A stretch of DNA of 64,000 bases from assembly GCA_964016885.1 (NCBI GenBank), contig OZ024747.1:30938001-31002000 (forward strand), given 5' to 3'. The stretch is from Eledone cirrhosa (taxonomy: Eukaryota). Positions 27,742 to 40,323 of the stretch are shown piece by piece (the first letter of the stretch is position 1; every line of letters begins with the position of its first letter). Below the pieces are notes generated by a model. That model did not search any database. It was given only the letters and a program-made list of their open reading frames with translations, and was not told the origin of the DNA. Position numbers and translations under genes: made by a program.

Positions 27742-27909
27742 GAAGAAGAAGAAGAAAAAGAAGAAGAAGAAGAAGAAGAAGAAGAAGAAGAAGAAGAAGA
27801 AGAAGAAGAAGAAGAAGAAGAAGAAGAAGAAGAAGAAGAAGAAGAAGAAGAAGAAGAAGAAGAAGAAGAAGAAGAAGAAGAAGACGACGACGACGACGAC
27901 GACGACGAC
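27742..27909. repeat. Compound (GAA)n(GAC)n microsatellite
   Basis: Directly visible. Confidence 0.98.
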
Positions 27910-30151
27910 AACTAACGACTGTACCAACGTGCTACCATATATACTGAATACAAAAAAAAAGTAATCACAATTTAATCCGACTTGTAAGAAAATTACTTAT
28001 GTTGCATATCATATTTATATATTTGATGTTATACTTATTGTACATTTATACTAGTAAAGATTAGAATATGTAAATTTATTTATGCACAAGGTTTAAACAT
28101 TCATAAAACTGAAACTGCATCTGTTATACATGAACATTTGAAATCTCTGTAGCCGAGCAAAATATACTGTTAAATTTTCTTTTAATTCATCTCTGGCTTC
28201 ACTTTCATTCTTTTGTTTCTTTTGTTGATATTCAGATTTTGAAATATGGATTAAATTTTTAATATTTAATGTATTAAATTTTAATCTACTCTTAGAGTAA
28301 ACAAACTAACAAAAGTGTACATAAATCTCAGAATAAGAAATCACACATGAGTATACTTAAGCACACACACACAAGAGGAGAGTCTGACAAACAAAGAACT
28401 GAAACTACACATGTAAAGTGCTAGTGAATTTATTATTTTGTAGATAATAAGTGTATGTGGCTTAATGCTTAATTTTATAGATAAGAAATTTTCTATATTT
28501 ATGATTCTAAGAGTTTTCTTTGAGTAGACACAAGGATCTCTTTTAAAAGGTAGAAATGGTGCAGTTGATTGAATCGATGGCAATATTATACCGAAATATA
28601 TTGTCAAAGCTAAAAGGCAGCAAGACAAATATCACATTGCCTAAATTTAAACTCATAACTATGATGAACATATTTTATATGATATTAAGTATCTACTTAG
28701 GCAGTTTAGGCAGTCACTTTGACTGGGTTGTTAGTGTTAGATATTTGTTCTAGGTCGCTGCATTCTGAGTTCAAATCCCACTAATATCCACTTTGTCTTT
28801 CATCCTTTCAAGGTACCTAAGGTACCGGCCCAGTGCCAGTGCAGCTCTATTTCCTTCCAACTGTTACATCCTAGATGTTATGCTGGATCAAAGAGGTGTG
28901 TATGTCTGTTGTGATTGCATAAACACATAAAACCCTTAACAAAAGCATAGTATAGTTCAATTACTCATACTCTATACTGCAACTGGCAGATGTAGGGTTT
29001 TTTATTTTCTTGTTTTACTTTGGCAGTTTCTGATCTGAAAAATCTACTATTCAAAACTCTGATAATAGAGGAGAAGTATTTATAAAATATACGACTCTAT
29101 TGAGCTGTATCAAAATATAGATAAACTAAATCTTACAATTTTTGGGAAGAACTATTTGTTTCTTTTAAAATACATTATATTAAAAAATTCTAAGTCACTT
29201 GCAGCAATGCTTTGACTATAATAGTTTTCCTAAAATATTATTAGAAGCGAAAATACATTGCTTTTTTTAGTGGAATGTAAATGAGTGTATGTGTCTTCTC
29301 TCATTTTTTCTAGAAATTCTTCATATAAATTATGAAATCAAGTTTGATATGTATTTGTTGTTCAATATAAAGTATCAATAATTAACTATATATACTATGT
29401 TACACGACAAGAAATGAGCTTTCTTTTATTAACTATAAGTTACTGGAGTACGCTTTAATCTAATGACTATAACTATATGGAAGGGATTGGGGTTGGAGTG
29501 AGCTTGGTTTTAATAAATATTGCTGAATATCTGGAGTGGATTAGTGCTGGGGTAAGCTTGGTTTTAATGAATATAGCTAACTACCTGGGCTGGTACTAGG
29601 GTGTGTTTGGTTTTAATGAATAAAACTATATGGGGTGGTGTGGTGTTGGAATGAACTTGGGATTATTAACCAATTCAGAATATAAGGTTAAACACTCTAC
29701 AATATTATAAATTCAGTATTAGTGAAATGCTAAATGGAAAATGGAAAGAAACTGCAGGTCAAAATATAAGATGTAAACAGCATGGTAGCTATTAAAACAT
29801 TGTTTTAAAATCATGTAGTGACATAGTTATTTCTCTTCTTATATTTCTACATCATCTTCCTACACCATTTTGTCAAATGATAAATTTCTTTTATTGCTAC
29901 AATGATGATTGTGCACAGTATGGCTTGAATTTTGTGCAGAAGCAGTTTTAATAATGCAGTAAATCATGCTGGTAATTGGTGGGTAAAGCCATAATTGTCA
30001 GTTTCTTTTATACTAAACAGTTATATGTAAACTAATCAATAAATTCTACTCATCCTTTTGTCAAATACACACACACACATACACACAGACACACACACAC
30101 ACATATATTTGTATATATATGTATGCATATATATTTATATATACATATATA

Positions 30152-30192
<41 letters not shown>

Positions 30193-30200
<8 letters not shown>

Positions 30201-30629
30201 ATACTTGGGGAGGGTCATATTTGCGTAATATTGCCAGAATTAATAACAGAACACACTCACTGTTTGGTTGGTTTTCGCTTCTCGCTGTCTTTTATTATAT
30301 CTGCGATCTAACTTACTCGGTCCACAATGTTGCCATTGACTGACCGGCGGTCAAAAATAATACAGATACAATATAGACACAAACACATATATATATATAT
30401 AGTTTACATAATTTACATAAATCTTTCGTTGCACATCTGCAACATCGTCAGTGGTGTTATATTCATTGTTCCTCCTGTTGTGTTGTATGCAACATTGAGG
30501 ACCGAGTAAGTTAGATGGCAGATATAATAAAAGACAGCGAGAAGCGAAAACCAACCAAACAGTGAGTGTGTTCTGTTATTAATTCTGGCAATATTACGCA
30601 AATATGACCCTCCCCAAGTATAACAATAT
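30193..30629. repeat. Inverted repeat with ~135-bp arms; related sequence at 47483-47600
   Basis: 30193-30327 is the reverse complement of 30494-30629. Confidence 0.85.
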
Positions 30630-30949
30630 CTGTTTCGACACACGATTTCATATAAAAAACCTCGCAAAACTAATTCATCGCCGCTATATATATATAAATA
30701 TATATATACATATATATATATGTATTATATATATGCATATATATATATACACATATCTATATGCATATATATATAGTTATGTAATAAACAATATAAGATA
30801 ATTAAAATGAAATAATTATCTTATGTTGCTTATGTTGTTTATTACATAACTAATAAGGTCTGTAACCTACATAGAGCACTCTTTTTCCTGTACCTTTCTG
30901 ACGGAATTACTTCATTTACACACGCACGCACACACACACACACACACAT

Positions 30950-31005
<56 letters not shown>

Positions 31006-31061
31006 GTGAGGTTTTTTTTACAAAATGAAAAATAACCGAGGTGTCCTACACGAGTGGAAGT

Positions 31062-31358
31062 ATAAAGAAAAAGGGATGAAATCGAAAATGCAACTGAAGT
31101 CTTATTTTTTTTTAAAAATATATATATTTTTATTTGGTTCCTTTACCGGTTTCGCAGTTCTTCTGCTTTTCAAAAGGTGAGTTGAGATGGAGGGTCTGTG
31201 GTTTTTCTCTCATGTGAGAAAAACCACAGACCCTCCATCTCAACTCACCTTTTGAAAAGCAGAAGAACTGCGAAACCGGTAAAGGAACCAAATAAATATA
31301 TATATTTTTAAAAAAATAAGACTTCAGTTGCATTTTCGATTTCATCCCTTTTTCTTTA
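31062..31358. repeat. Near-perfect ~300-bp palindrome with a hammerhead 3' half in each arm
   Basis: Centre near 31212 (ctcatgtgag); arm contains gc-GAAA-ccgg-TA-aagga. Confidence 0.9.
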
Positions 31359-31497
31359 TATATATATATATATATTTATTAGTTAAGCAAAACAAGACCA
31401 CAAACTTCACAAGGAAGACATTATTAAAAGATTGTCAACATATTTTAGTTTGATGTAAGGAATGTAGAGAATAATAATAATAATATTAATAATAATA

Positions 31498-31686
31498 ATT
31501 GTTTATACTTTTGGCACAAGGCCAGCAATTACCCAGTGCATTACTGGTATTTTATTTTATCGACCCCGTAAGGATGAACGGCAAAGTTAACCTCGGCGGG
31601 ATTTGAACTCAGAATGGCAAGGGCCGTAACTCTATGCGTCAAAGCATGGCGTCCGACCCTCTACCGATACTGCCAATCCACCGCCC
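31498..31686 (-). mobile_element. Meta-domain SINE
   Basis: Matches 9615-9803. Confidence 0.85.
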
Positions 31687-31706
31687 TATTAATAATAATA
31701 ATGTCC

Positions 31707-31826
31707 GTTTACAATTGTTTCGCTACTCCATATAATATTTCTGGATCAGATGACTACATATCATAATTGATCTGGTTCAGTTGAAAATAATTAACATATT
31801 TAAAAAACAGAGCGGCTCATCGGAAC
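31707..31826 (-). ncRNA. Hammerhead, core CCGATGA, ~95-nt stem II region
   Basis: gtt-CCGATGA-gccgctct...ggagtagc-GAAA-caattg-TA-aac. Confidence 0.65.
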
Positions 31827-32210
31827 TCAAAGGAATATAAATTAAAATAATGTTCCATATATTGGTTTTTACTATGGTGTCTTGGTTGCATCAGCCGTCA
31901 GTCATAATCAAGCAGTATTCATCTGTCGAGGCTGCATTGTGTGAGATCTGCGCATGGGTAACATTACCCATGCGCAGATCTCACACAATGCAGCCTCGAC
32001 AGATGAATACTGCTTGATTATGGCTGATGGCTGATGCAACCAAGACACCATAGTAAAAACCAATATATGGAACATTATATTATGTAACATTATTTTAATT
32101 TATATTCCTTTGAGTTCCGATGAGCCGCTCTGTTTTTTAAATATGTTAATTATTTTCAACTGAACCAGATCAATTATGATATATAGTCATCTGATTCAGC
32201 AATATTATTA

Positions 32211-32398
32211 GGGCGGTGAATTGGCAGTATCGGTAGAGGGTTGGACGCCATGCTTTCTAGCATAGTTACGTCCCTTTACAGTCTGAGTTCAAATCCCGCC
32301 GAGGTTAACTTTGCCTTTCATCCTTACGGGGTCGATAAAATAAAGTACCAGTAATGTACTGGGTAGTTGCTGGCCTTGTGCCTAAAGTAGAAACAATT
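32211..32398 (+). mobile_element. Meta-domain SINE
   Basis: Matches 10723-10910 and 22179-22358. Confidence 0.85.
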
Positions 32399-32843
32399 AT
32401 TATTAATATTATTATTATTATTCTCTACATTCCTTACATCAAACTAAAATATGTTGACAATCTTTTAATAATGTCTTCCTTGTGAAGTTTGTGGTCTTGT
32501 TTTGCTTAACTAATAAATATTTCCAGCTCTGCGCACCTAACTTCTGCATGAACCCAGCCACCTAGCTGCTTTCTACTGCATATTGCACATTGAGCACATG
32601 CCTTTACGCTTTGGCTTCTAACTAACTCACCAATCTCTCCTCTCATATCTCCTCTACTATCTCCATCTCTCTCTTTAAGATTGGTTACTCTTGAACTGTG
32701 TGTATATATATATATATATGCATATATATATATATATCGAGCCCTCTTTTGATTTTAGTCTTCAAATTTATTATTATTACTATATATATGCATATAATAT
32801 TAACAATAGTAATAAATGGAAAATATCACTATAGCATCATATT

Positions 32844-32903
32844 TATTTTATTATACATATTTCAAGGATACTAAATTATAGTATGCTTTCATCAGATAAA
32901 ATA
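32844..32903 (-). ncRNA. Type I hammerhead (C.C-mismatch stem II family)
   Basis: tattttat-CTGATGA-aag c atacta taatt tagtat c ctt-GAAA-tatgta-TA-ataaaata. Confidence 0.8.
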
Positions 32904-34006
32904 CAATGTTTGATGTATAAGATAGTAACATAACCAAAATATAGACCTCTACGGTGAGCTTACAATGAATATGTGAAATAAAATCTCAAAATTTTGTTGG
33001 ATATAACTTAATAGGGATTCTATCTTTGTTCACTAGCATGTGTTTATATGTGTTTGTTGTTATTGTACTTGTGTATTTATTTATTTATTTATATTTCCCT
33101 TAGGTCAGTATTGTTTTTTGGGGTATGGTTGTTGTTGTTATTCCATTCATTCTTTCTGTTTAACTTTGGTTTTCATTTGCTTCTCTGATTTGCGTACCTG
33201 TTTAGTCATTTCTATGCTTAGATTTTATTTTACTTTCTATGTTGATTACCGTCATGTGTTTGTCTGGTGTGTTCATATAGTATTGAACCGTTTTTTTTTT
33301 TTTGTCCTTTGAGTTCCCCCCAGTGTTGGTCTATTCTTTCTCCTATGCTTCGAGCTGTCTCACCTATGTATGTCATTGTCATGTTTCTGCAAGTACCCTC
33401 TGAACTGACAGAGATTTCTCAAGAGGAAAATGGCAAAGAAAGATAACTAGTAGTAGCATTTGTTGCCTCAGGTGATGGATGAAGGTATGTTGTGGTTTGA
33501 TTGGTCAATAAGTCTATGGTGGCGTGTGGGGGTGGGAGGGAAAATGTGAGATAGATAATTAAGACAAGATGGAGCAGCAAAGAAAAATGTGATGAATAGC
33601 TGGGGAAGAAAAATTGATGAATTTATACATATATATATTTAGTTGTTGTAGTGTTTAGATTAAATGCGTCCATAGGTGGTATGTCGGTTAAGCACGCGAT
33701 GCTTGCACAGAGCAGAGTATATTATTATAGATAATGAGGAATCAGTAATGCATCAAATCACAATTTATTACATATTACATATGTTTCTACGTCCATCAGC
33801 TCAAGGCAGGATCTGTTACTGATCGAAACCGACTTTGCATTCAAAGGTTCCTCAGATATTCCTTGTGAATTCAAAGTATTCCATTGGGTATTGAAGATGA
33901 CATCATACTTCTGCGTTCACAGATTGATTTTTTCTAGTTTCAGAAGATCCCATTAAGGGTGAAAGCAGTGATTCTTTGCTTAAACTTTAATCTGTTATTT
34001 TAATAG

Positions 34007-34064
<58 letters not shown>

Positions 34065-34074
34065 GCCTCCATCC

Positions 34075-34158
<84 letters not shown>

Positions 34159-34163
<5 letters not shown>

Positions 34164-36516
34164 AGAAAAAGCGAAGTAGTTTCAGATGTTAAAGTCCTTT
34201 AATGATAATGCTGTGATACATATTTCAATGACCTCAGTGGCCACACGGTTCAGTGCGCCAGTGCCGTGACATCATCAGACAGCTTGTTACATAATAAGGT
34301 TATGTTTCCGAGGCAATCCAAATTGAATCGACATGGGAACGGACAAAGTGTGTGCTCTTGAGTTCTTTGCCTGTTCCCTTGTTAGTGCCAATTCACTCCC
34401 ACCGGTCTGCACAGGTGCAGGTCTGAAGGAAGTTGACCATCAACTACCGCAGAGTTCTACAAAACTCGCCTAGGCAGGACCCCCCCCCCTCATCCAAACA
34501 ATGACCCCATCCAACCTGTAATATGACACGGTTATAGTTTACTGCTAGCCGGCCGAAAGCTAGTGGGGTGGGATAGTATGAGTATCAACAGGTCTCAATA
34601 CTACCCCTAAATTAAGCATGGACAGTAGAATTGACCATCGCCTGCCAAGAGAAAATATACTTATTTCTAGGTATTATGGTTTCACAGTGAAGATTATGAA
34701 TGAGAGTTGGAAATTAAAACTAAAAATTAAAAATCAAAAATCAAAAATTTAAAAAAAAAAAAAAAAAATTACAAGTTAGAATCTAGATTGAAGTAAGTAA
34801 AGAAATATATGTACATATAATCACTAATAAATAGGGAGATGTTTAAATTATTTTAAGAAGTTTTGAAAGGGGGATCAATATTAGAGATATATTATCCACA
34901 TATTGAACGATAGTACCGTACAGTAGAACGGAGGGTAACTTACAGTATGGCAAATACATAGTTAGGCAAATACATAGTTAATATCTCTATCAGATGGAAC
35001 AAAATACAAAGTACAAAATATGAAATACGCAAAAAAATACAAAAAATACATAAAATACATAGATGCAAAATGAGATACATATGTAGAATGAGATATGAGA
35101 TATATATGAGAAACATATACGAGCATGGACATTGCATCAATGTTTACCTTAAGAATTTAGCTCCAAAACATTGAGCGCTCTATGGTAACCGATATAGTGG
35201 AGAAGAGAGGAACCAACCATCAACTACTCCCGGAAATTCCCTCTACCATGGGGATGGATTACACATACTGGAAATCCCTGGTACAGGACGGATATAAAAT
35301 TATAAACTAACTTTTGACAGGATAAATACGCTGAAATAAAAACAATGATAAACCCCTATATTCCTGCAGCAAATTGCATTTGCACAGAGGCCTTGAACAG
35401 AATACGCTCACTTCACCAGATAACAAATCTTTATATGGATAAATTGACAATCACGTTAACCACGTATACCCTCATTTCCATGCTCGTATATGTTTGTCAT
35501 ATATATCTCATATCTCATTCTACATATGTATCTCATTTTGCATCTATGTATTTTATGTATTTTTTGTATTTTTTTGCGTATTTCATATTTTGTACTTTGT
35601 ATTTTGTTCCATCTGATAGAGATATTAACTATGTATTTGCCTAACTATGTATTTGCCATACTGTAAGTTACCCTCCGTTCTACTGTACGGTACTATCGTT
35701 CAATATGTGGATAATATATCTCTAATATTGATCCCCCTGTCAAAACTTCTTAAAATAATTTAAACATCTCCCTATTTATTAGTGATTATATGTACATATA
35801 TTTCTTTACTTACTTCAATCTAGATTCTAAGTTGTAATTTTTTTTTATTTTTTTAAACTTTTTAAATTTTTGATTTTTGATTTTTAATTTTTAGTTTTAA
35901 TTTCCAACTCTCATTCATAATCTTCACTGTGAAACCATAATACCTAGAAATAAGTATATTTTCTCTTGGCAGGCGATGGTCAATTCTACTGTCCATGCTT
36001 AATTTAGGGGTAGTATTGAGACCTATTGAATACTCATACTATCCCACCCCCACTGGCTTTCGGCCGGCTAGCAGTAAACTATAACCGTGTCATATTACAG
36101 GTTGGATGGGGTCAATATTTGGGTGAGGGGGGGACCTGCCTAGGCGAGTTTTGTAGAACTCTGCGGTAGTTGATGGTCAACTTCCTTCGGACCAGCACCT
36201 GCGCAGACTGGTGGGGGTGAATTGGCACTAACAAGGGAACAGGCGAAGAACTCAAGAGCACACACTTTGTCCGTTCCCATGTTGATTCAATTTGGATTGC
36301 CTCGGAAACATAACCTTATTATGTAACAAGCTGTCTGATGATGTCACGGCACTGGCGCACCGAACCGTGTGGCCACTGAGGTCATTGAAATATGTATCAC
36401 AGCATTATCATTAAAGGACTTTAACATCTGAAAGTACTTCGCTTTTTCTTATTCACTCCTATGTGGAAAAAGCACATTGAGTGCTTGAATTGAATTGCAT
36501 CAATGTTTTCCTTAAG
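34159..36516. mobile_element. Non-coding fold-back element with ~970-bp inverted arms and hammerheads (34210-34283 minus, 36330-36403 plus)
   Basis: 34159-35128 is the reverse complement of 35479-36452; 22-bp direct repeat 35132-35153 / 36495-36516; gctgt-CTGATGA-(45 nt)-GAAA-tatgta-TC-acagc. Confidence 0.85.
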
Positions 36517-36689
36517 TATATATATATATATATATATATATATAATCAAAAGTTTAAGAAGGTTCAATGAATTCATCAATGAATAAAGTTTCACAATAGA
36601 TTAGAAGCACTCTACAAAAAAGGTTTCCTGGAGTTATTAATATTACTTCAAAATATTAATAAATATAGACATTCATGTGATCAAATATA

Positions 36690-36751
36690 TTTTATTATAC
36701 ATATTTCAGAGGTACTGAGCTATTTCAACAGTACGTCCTCATCAGATAAAA
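36690..36751 (-). ncRNA. Type I hammerhead (C.C-mismatch stem II family)
   Basis: ttttat-CTGATGA-gga c gtactg(ttgaaatagct)cagtac c tct-GAAA-tatgta-TA-ataaaa. Confidence 0.8.
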
Positions 36752-37006
36752 TAAGGTGATGCCTGACATACCTTGACTATGTTGATGGTTATAAGTTAGT
36801 CATGGCAGTGATTAGTTACGGCAAAAATCAGGTATGCATATATTATTATTATTTAAATTTTTAACAGTTATATAAGTTTATGTATTATATATTATTAGTT
36901 ATTTATGTATCTTTATACACATTCTCATACGCACGCTCTCTATTATATGTAATTTTTTATGTTTCAACTTAAGGTATATAAATATTGAGTTTTGTCATAA
37001 CTAATC

Positions 37007-37156
37007 ACAATGAGTGAGTTTGAAATTAGAAATATAAGCTTTCACTGTATTTTTTCCATTTCTCTGAGGGTTCTAAACCCCACTATCAGGCTAAAAATTT
37101 CTTTAGTCAAAAATACGGTGAATGCTTATATTTCTAATTTCAAACTCGCTCACTGT
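37007..37156. repeat. Short inverted repeat (~48-bp arms)
   Basis: acaatgagtgagtttgaaattagaaatataagc... / ...gcttatatttctaatttcaaactcgctcactgt. Confidence 0.85.
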
Positions 37157-37592
37157 TTCAAAACATACTTACATATATATATATATGTACGGCCACTGGA
37201 AATAACATCTGTGAAATAAACAGCTCCATCTATCTGCTTAGCTAGCTACCGCACCATGAAACAAACAATCCTTAAAGCCACCAGAATAAAATGCTTACGC
37301 AGCGGCTAAACATCAAACGATTATTTTTGTATAAATAGAGTGATTCCAAACACTTTCCCCAGTCGACCTTTAGCAGAGTCAGCTAGCGTATCGTTGTTCC
37401 TCTCCTCTGCCACACTTGTCACTCACACACGCCTTGTATCTCTGTATCGTCGCTTCATGTATGAAAATAAATAGCAGACCGAAACTACATCTCTCGCCTT
37501 GCTCGTCCTTTCAACTTGTGCTTTCGTCTGTTCATCCTTATCGTATGTGACAACAGTCCTTTTAAGGGCTATCCTCAGATCCGAGTCACTAA

Positions 37593-37623
<31 letters not shown>

Positions 37624-37715
37624 ATGTAGGAGGTGAGTTTTATTGTAGTACAATAAAGCAATGCAAATATCGGATAAGTAGCACTCTACAGTTTGTAGGA
37701 CTAAAGTATGAATAA

Positions 37716-37926
37716 TATAATATCAAAAGATGGTTAAAAGAGTTCCAAGTATTTTATTATGAGCATTTCAAAAACAAATATCATCATGAGATGATATCTG
37801 CGTTCATATCATGTATCCCTATTTTATCTGATGAAAACGCAGATATCATCTCATGATGATATTTGTTTTTGAAATGTGCATAATAAAATACTTGGAACTC
37901 TTTTAACCATCTTTTGATCTTATATT

Positions 37927-37927
<1 letters not shown>
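37716..37927. repeat. Inverted repeat (~90-bp arms) with a hammerhead 5' half at the fold point
   Basis: ttttat-CTGATGA-aaa c gcagatatc at 37822-37847, running into the inverted arm. Confidence 0.8.
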
Positions 37928-38003
<76 letters not shown>

Positions 38004-38163
38004 AATATATATAAATATATATATAAATATATAGAAAGTTATATTTAAATTGTTGTGTTACAACTAGTAAATATTTATAACTGATATAAAAGCACTCGAC
38101 AAATATTTGGAGTATATTTACAATATTAAATAAATGGAAACTATATTTATAAAACCATATTTA

Positions 38164-38225
38164 TTTCATTATATATATTTCAGGGATAACATATTAACAA
38201 TATGCTATGCCTTCCTCAGACAAAA
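38164..38225 (-). ncRNA. Type I hammerhead (C.C-mismatch stem II family)
   Basis: ttttgt-CTGAGGA-agg c atagcatatt gtt aatatgttat c cct-GAAA-tatata-TA-atgaaa. Confidence 0.8.
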
Positions 38226-38339
38226 TACAATATAAACAGTTTTATAGATAAATAGATTCGACATACCGTAACAACATCTACTTGCATTTGAGAAGGTTGA
38301 TTTATATATATATTTAGATATATATATATAAATATATAT

Positions 38340-39930
38340 ATTTAGAAACACACAGATACATGCGGACGCACACATATATACATGAACGCATCCGCACCCA
38401 ACTGTGAGTTAAGGGTGCCAACTTCACCGATGTTGCTCAATGAATGACTGGGACAGACCAATTCAGTTTGAACTAGACTGAACCAGTATCAGAGTTAAAA
38501 ATACATTATGAAGAGAGAAGAAACATTTAGATATAATTAGTAATAAAATGTATCATACCTAAACTGTTCCTAAATTCCTCGACTACGTAGTTTCGTGGCA
38601 TAAACAAAAACAATATATCAAAGATATAGAGTCCTTGCGAGGTCTGCCGACTTATCAAGAGGATACCTCATTTTACTAGTCTCAAGAACGCGTCTACACG
38701 ACGTGAGAAAGAATCCCAAAAGGCGGAGGGGGAGATAGTCACGCGATATAACGGTCGAGAAACAGAGCTAAGCCTCTTATAACCACGAAGAAAATACCAC
38801 AGAGGCGGAGGGGGTATTCATATCGAGGCCGTAGAAGAGGTAGTGAAGAAGGCGAGAAGTATGAGTAATGGAAGCTTTCCAGTTGTCCCCACACCTCAAA
38901 GATTGCTCGACCAGAGGGAGTTATTAATATATTTAGAAACACACAGATACATGCGGACGCACACATATATACATGAACGCATCCGCACCCAACTGTGAGT
39001 TAAGGGTGCCAACTTCACCGATGTTGCTCAATGAATGACTGGGACAGACCAATTCAGTTTGAACTAGACTGAACCAGTATCAGAGTTAAAAATACATTAT
39101 GAAGAGAGAAGAAACATTTAGATATAATTAGTAATAAAATGTATCATACCTAAACTGTTCCTAAATTCCTCGACTACGTAGTTTCGTGGCATAAACAAAA
39201 ACAATATATCAAAGATATAGAGTCCTTGCGAGGTCTGCCGACTTATCAAGAGGATACCTCATTTTACTAGTCTCAAGAACGCGTCTACACGACGTGAGAA
39301 AGAATCCCAAAAGGCGGAGGGGGAGATAGTCACGCGATATAACGGTCAGATATACTGGTTCAGTCTAGTTCAAACTGAATTGGTCTGTCCCAGTCATTCA
39401 TTGAGCAACATCGGTGAAGTTGGCACCCTTAACTCACAGTTGGGTGCGGATGCGTTCATGTATATATGTGTGCGTCCGCATGTATCTGTGTGTTTCTAAA
39501 TATATTAATAACTCCCTCTGGTCGAGCAATCTTTGAGGTGTGGGGACAACTGGAAAGCTTCCATTACTCATACTTCTCGCCTTCTTCACTACCTCTTCTA
39601 CGGCCTCGATATGAATACCCCCTCCGCCTCCGTGGTATTTTCTTCGTGGGTATAAGAGGCTTAGCTCTGTTTCTCGACCGTTATATCGCGTGACTATCTC
39701 CCCCTCCGCCTTTTGGGATTCTTTCTCACGTCGTGTAGACGCGTTCTTGAGACTAGTAAAATGAGGTAGCCTCTTGATAAGTCGGCAGACCTCGCAAGGA
39801 CTCTATATCTTTGATATATTGTTTTTGTTTATGCCACGAAACTACGTAGTCAAGGAATTTAGGAACAGTTTAGGTATGATACATTTTATTACTAATTATA
39901 TCTAAATGTTTCTTCTCTCTTCATAATGTA
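38340..39930. mobile_element. Retrozyme-like array: 591-bp tandem unit (about 1.7 copies) plus one inverted copy, with three U3:A8 hammerheads
   Basis: Unit starts at 38340 and 38931; inverted copy 39353-39930; hammerheads 38576-38663 minus, 39167-39254 minus, 39769-39856 plus. Confidence 0.85.
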
Positions 39931-39971
39931 TATAAATATATATATATATCTAAATATATATATATATATAT

Positions 39972-40302
39972 GGAGGCACATGGCTTAGTGGTTAGAGCAT
40001 TGGCCTTGCAATCGAAAGGATGTGAGTTCGTTTCTCAGACCAGGTGATGTGTTGTTTCCTTGAGCAAGACACTTTATTTCACATTGTTCCAGTTTACTCA
40101 GCTGTACAAATGAGATGATAGGGACTGGGGTCCATATCATTCCACTGCAAAGTGGCCGTGGAGGTGCCACGGCAAAAAAGCACCCATCACTCACTGTAAA
40201 TGAGGTTGGTGTTAGGAAGGGCATCCAGGTGTACAAATCAAACCAGAATCAGTTCCCTTCCCACCCTTGCAAGCAGGGAAAAGCGGATGTAAAATAATGA
40301 TG
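39972..40302 (+). mobile_element. CORE-like SINE with RTE tail
   Basis: Near-identical to 24495-24825. Confidence 0.85.
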
Positions 40303-40323
40303 ATATATATATATATACATATA

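Larger units (their letters stand above)
31372..32520. repeat. ~1.15-kb fold-back element with SINEs in both arms and a large-stem-II hammerhead
   Basis: Centre gggtaacattaccc (~31961); homologous to 20560-21000. Confidence 0.85.

Noticed and set aside
38739-39693. Duplicated 75-aa ORF MCASACIC...
   Set aside because: Non-ATG start, no recognisable motif, and duplicated only because the non-coding unit is repeated
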